From Atribacterota bacterium (GTDB lineage Bacteria; Atribacterota; Phoenicimicrobiia; Phoenicimicrobiales; Phoenicimicrobiaceae), in contig JBBRDV010000005.1 in the NCBI GenBank assembly GCA_038203565.1, positions 1 to 50,274 on the forward strand: a DNA stretch of 50,274 bases, given 5' to 3'. The notes beneath the pieces were generated by a model. That model was not told the origin of the DNA, did no database searches, and saw only the letters and a program-made list of their open reading frames with translations. Shown piece by piece: positions 47,308-50,274 of this stretch. A program made the position numbers and the translations under genes. Each line of letters starts with the position of its first letter. The first letter of the stretch is position 1.

Positions 47308-48264
47308 CTACGCTATTCTTAGCTTAACTTTAAGTTTTTCAATCATATCTTTAGTCATTGCCTTAAGATCATAATCCGGAAACCATCCCCAATCTTCTCT
47401 GGCAGCAGTATCATCTAACCGGTTAGGCCAGGAATCGGCAATTGTCTGCCGTATTGGGTCAACATCATATTTCATCTCAAAATCCGTAATGTATTTTTTG
47501 ATTTCCCGAGCGAGTTGCTCCGGGTTAAAGCTCTCTGCGGTCACATTATAGGCATTCCTGTGTTTTAATCGGGAAGGGTCAGCTTCCATCAAGTTTATCG
47601 CAGCTTTTAGACCATCAGGCATATACATCATATCCAGATAAGTATCTTTATCTAAGAAGCAGGTATATTTTTTATTTTTTATTGCCTGGTAAAAGATTTC
47701 TACAGCATAGTCGGTAGTTCCTCCGCCGGGAAGGGTAGCATAAGAAATGATTCCCGGAAAACGCACTCCTCTGGTATCGACTCCATATTTTGAATAATAA
47801 TAATCGCAAAGCAGCTCTCCGGTTACCTTGGTTAACCCGTAGATAGTTGTAGGTCTTTGTATTGTCTCTTGAGGGGTGTTATCTTTGGGAGTGGAAGGGC
47901 CAAAGGCGGCAATTGAACTGGGAGTAAAGACGGCGCATCTATATTCCCTGGCTATTTCCAGCACATTATAAAGGCCATTAATGTTTACTTTCCAGGCTAA
48001 TCGAGGATTCTTTTCTCCGGTAGCAGAGAGAACAGCAGCAAGATGAAATATGGTATCTATTCTATATTTTTTAATTACAGAATAAATCTCCTGGGCATCT
48101 AAACAATCGATATGTTCAAATATCCCGCCTTGGTTAATTGTCTCTTCAGACATAGGTTTAATATCTGAGGCAATAACCTTTTCTTGGCCATATCTTTTTC
48201 TTAAAAAAGTAATAAGTTCAGAACCAATTTGACCCAGCGCTCCGGTTATCAAAATTCTTTTCAT
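47308..48264 (-). CDS. tdh: L-threonine 3-dehydrogenase (extended SDR type)
   Basis: TGA.GQIG.EL, HLAA.LSA.GE, PSSIA.FG, YG..K, PGGGTTDYAV, RQ.IADSWP. Confidence 0.92.
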   Translation of the reverse strand: MKRILITGALGQIGSELITFLRKRYGQEKVIASDIKPMSEETINQGGIFEHIDCLDAQEIYSVIKKYRIDTIFHLAAVLSATGEKNPRLAWKVNINGLYNVLEIAREYRCAVFTPSSIAAFGPSTPKDNTPQETIQRPTTIYGLTKVTGELLCDYYYSKYGVDTRGVRFPGIISYATLPGGGTTDYAVEIFYQAIKNKKYTCFLDKDTYLDMMYMPDGLKAAINLMEADPSRLKHRNAYNVTAESFNPEQLAREIKKYITDFEMKYDVDPIRQTIADSWPNRLDDTAAREDWGWFPDYDLKAMTKDMIEKLKVKLRIA

Positions 48265-48304
48265 ATTTTTCCCTTATTGTGAATTTAATTCAAAGAATAT
48301 TTTT

Positions 48305-48928
48305 TTATTCAGCATACAAACTCATTTTTATCTGATTTATAAAGTGAATAGCGTGATCTTTCATGATCTGTTCGCTCTTGTTTTGCTCTTTGTTTTCCAG
48401 TGCTTTTATAAGTTCTTTAAAATCTTCGGGTATTTTTTGTGAATAAGCATCATTTTCTTTGGCAAAGAACCAGAGGCGGCCAATTTGATTTCGTAATCTT
48501 TTTAAGGTTTCAGCCAAGGTTTGATTCTTAGTAGAGCAGTTAACCAGATCATGGAATTCTGCATCTAATTGAATTAATTTACTTCGTTCCTTTTCTTGCT
48601 TTATCTTCTCAAGCAATTCTTTTAATTTGTTTAATTCTTCCGGAGTTATCCTTTCAGCGGCAAGCCTCCCTGATAGTCCAATTAAAAATAGTCTAACTTC
48701 AAAGACATCTTTCAGTTCCTGAAAGCTTACATCAGTAACATAGATGCCGTTGTTAGGAATGATATGTACTAATTTTTCATTTTCCAGGAGAATGAGAACT
48801 TCTCGAATAGGTATAGGGCTAACTCCAAATTCTTTCGCTAATTCTTTAATGCTCAATACTTGTTTTGGTTTGTAATCCAGATAAACTATTCGCTTTTTAA
48901 GTTCATTGTAAATTTCCATATTTACCAT
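48305..48928 (-). CDS. GntR (FadR/FCD subfamily) transcriptional regulator
   Basis: wHTH LA.EFGVS..PIRE.L..L..E.LV, FCD D..FH, terminal H; ATG 48928 has SD AGGTGA. Confidence 0.92.
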   Translation of the reverse strand: MVNMEIYNELKKRIVYLDYKPKQVLSIKELAKEFGVSPIPIREVLILLENEKLVHIIPNNGIYVTDVSFQELKDVFEVRLFLIGLSGRLAAERITPEELNKLKELLEKIKQEKERSKLIQLDAEFHDLVNCSTKNQTLAETLKRLRNQIGRLWFFAKENDAYSQKIPEDFKELIKALENKEQNKSEQIMKDHAIHFINQIKMSLYAE

Positions 48929-48960
48929 GAATATCACCTATATATTAATAATATATTCAT

Positions 48961-48989
48961 AATATATCAGTAAAATATTGCCATGTCAA
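48961..48989 (-). promoter_or_regulatory. Sigma70 promoter of gntR-tdh-kbl
   Basis: TTGACA-17 nt-TATATT with a TG extension; overlapped by AT-rich palindromes. Confidence 0.7.
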
Positions 48990-49007
48990 TTTCTTATTCG
49001 AAAAAAC

Positions 49008-49064
49008 AGTATCGAGTATATAGTATCAAGTATCGAGTTAAGAAAGAGAAAGAAAAGATAGAAA
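49008..49064 (+). repeat. Dispersed intergenic repeat (heptamers + purine tract)
   Basis: AGTATCG AGTATAT AGTATCA AGTATCG AGT TAAGAAAGAGAAAGAAAAGATAGAAA; homologous to 3194-3236. Confidence 0.75.
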
Positions 49065-49178
49065 AATGAAATTAAATAATTGAAAAACATTTCTAATTTT
49101 GTTATATTAAGCTAAATAGGGTTTGATTTTTAAAACCCGTATGGGAACTTCAATATAAAAATTAAGGAGGAGGTAATC

Positions 49179-50274
49179 TTGTATAATAAGTCTAAAGATA
49201 TTGTTTGGGTAGATTTCGATAGTTTAGAAAATTTTATGGTTGATGTTTTTAAAGGGATAGGAGTTCCGGAAGAGGATGCCCGAATATGTGCTAATGTGTT
49301 GATTACTTCTGATAAAAGAGGGATAGATTCACATGGCATTGGGCGCTTAAAACCTATATATTATGATAGGATTAAAGCCGGGGTCCAGTCACCAAAAACA
49401 GATATGGAAATTGTTAAAGATGGTCCTACTACCGCAGTTATTGACGGCCACAATGGAATGGGACAGGTCATTGCCAAAAAGTCTATGGCTCTGGCTATTG
49501 AAAAGGCTAAAAAGATGGGATTGGGAATGGTAGCAGTAAGAAATTCAACTCATTATGGGATTGCCGGTTATTATGTTTTAATGGCTATCGAAGCTGGGAT
49601 GATTGGAATTAGCGGTACCAATGCCCGTCCCTCTATTGCCCCTACTTTTGGAGTGGAAAATATGTTAGGGACTAATCCTTTAACTTTTGGAATGCCCTCT
49701 GATGAAGAATTTCCTTTTGTTCTTGATTGTGCCACCTCCATTACTCAGCGAGGGAAAATTGAATTTTATGACCGGGCAGAAAAAGAAATTCCACCCGGAT
49801 GGGTAATCGGGGAAGATGGGAAGACCAGAACAGATACTCATCAAATTTTGCAAGACTTAAAAACAGGAAAAGCTGCGCTTACTCCTTTAGGAGGCATCGG
49901 AGAAGAAATGGCCGGTTATAAGGGTTATGGTTATGCTGCTGTAGTGGAAATTCTTTCCGCTGCCCTGCAAAATGGGAAGTATCTTAAGATGTTATCGGGA
50001 GTAGAGGAGGGTAAACCCGCACCCATTAATCTGGGACATTTTTTTATAGCCATTAACATATCTTCCTTTACAGATCTCGAATCATTTAAGAAAATTACCG
50101 GAGAAATCCTTCGTTCTCTTCGCGCTTCTAAAAAAACTCCTGAAGCAGAAAGAATTTACACCGCCGGTGAAAAAGAATATATAGCCTGGCTGGAAAGAAA
50201 GGATAAGGGAGCACCTATTAATAAGAATCTTCAGCAACAGATTCTTACCTTAAAAAAGGAACTTGGTTTAACCA
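49179..50274 (+). CDS. Ldh_2-family (Mdh/ComC-type) 2-hydroxyacid dehydrogenase; partial, runs off the window and is missing from the ORF track
   Basis: SD AAGGAGGAGG then TTG: MYNKSKDIVWVDFDSLENFM...DKRGIDSHGIGRL, DGHNGMG, RNSTHYGIAGYY, LGTNP, GYKGYG. Confidence 0.92.
   Translation, partial: MYNKSKDIVWVDFDSLENFMVDVFKGIGVPEEDARICANVLITSDKRGIDSHGIGRLKPIYYDRIKAGVQSPKTDMEIVKDGPTTAVIDGHNGMGQVIAKKSMALAIEKAKKMGLGMVAVRNSTHYGIAGYYVLMAIEAGMIGISGTNARPSIAPTFGVENMLGTNPLTFGMPSDEEFPFVLDCATSITQRGKIEFYDRAEKEIPPGWVIGEDGKTRTDTHQILQDLKTGKAALTPLGGIGEEMAGYKGYGYAAVVEILSAALQNGKYLKMLSGVEEGKPAPINLGHFFIAINISSFTDLESFKKITGEILRSLRASKKTPEAERIYTAGEKEYIAWLERKDKGAPINKNLQQQILTLKKELGLT

Overview
AT-rich bacterial chromosome segment from a probable anaerobic diderm. 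The gene content and intergenic style suggest Atribacterota (JS1), but this is inference only. Left to right: the 3' end of a probable Y1/RAYT-like transposase; a cobalamin-riboswitch-controlled btuFCD operon divergent from cobO-larE-larB-larC-DUF2007 (no larA in the window); a housekeeping run (yjbQ, recD2, apgM, comB-like, class V aminotransferase, vanZ, M42 peptidase); a ~22 kb trehalose/alpha-glucan supercluster (treT, malQ, GH57/DUF3536, glgB, treS-mak, glgE, DUF5752, glgP, otsA-otsB fusion, second otsB, aglEFG-type ABC importer); dGTPase-like, M23, TPR and GT4 genes; an islet where two convergent lipoprotein genes each sit behind a tandem pair of c-di-GMP-I riboswitches; then gntR-tdh-kbl and a partial Ldh_2-family dehydrogenase. 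The best candidates for something new are (i) the four-riboswitch adhesin-like lipoprotein plus C39 protease islet, (ii) a reciprocal pseudo-enzyme pair (OtsA fused to a dead phosphatase, next to OtsB fused to a dead beta-PGM-like domain), and (iii) a probable ATT start codon for glgE. Intergenic spaces hold several REP-like palindrome families and composite 7-8 nt tandem-repeat modules. No rRNA, tRNA or CRISPR array was seen.
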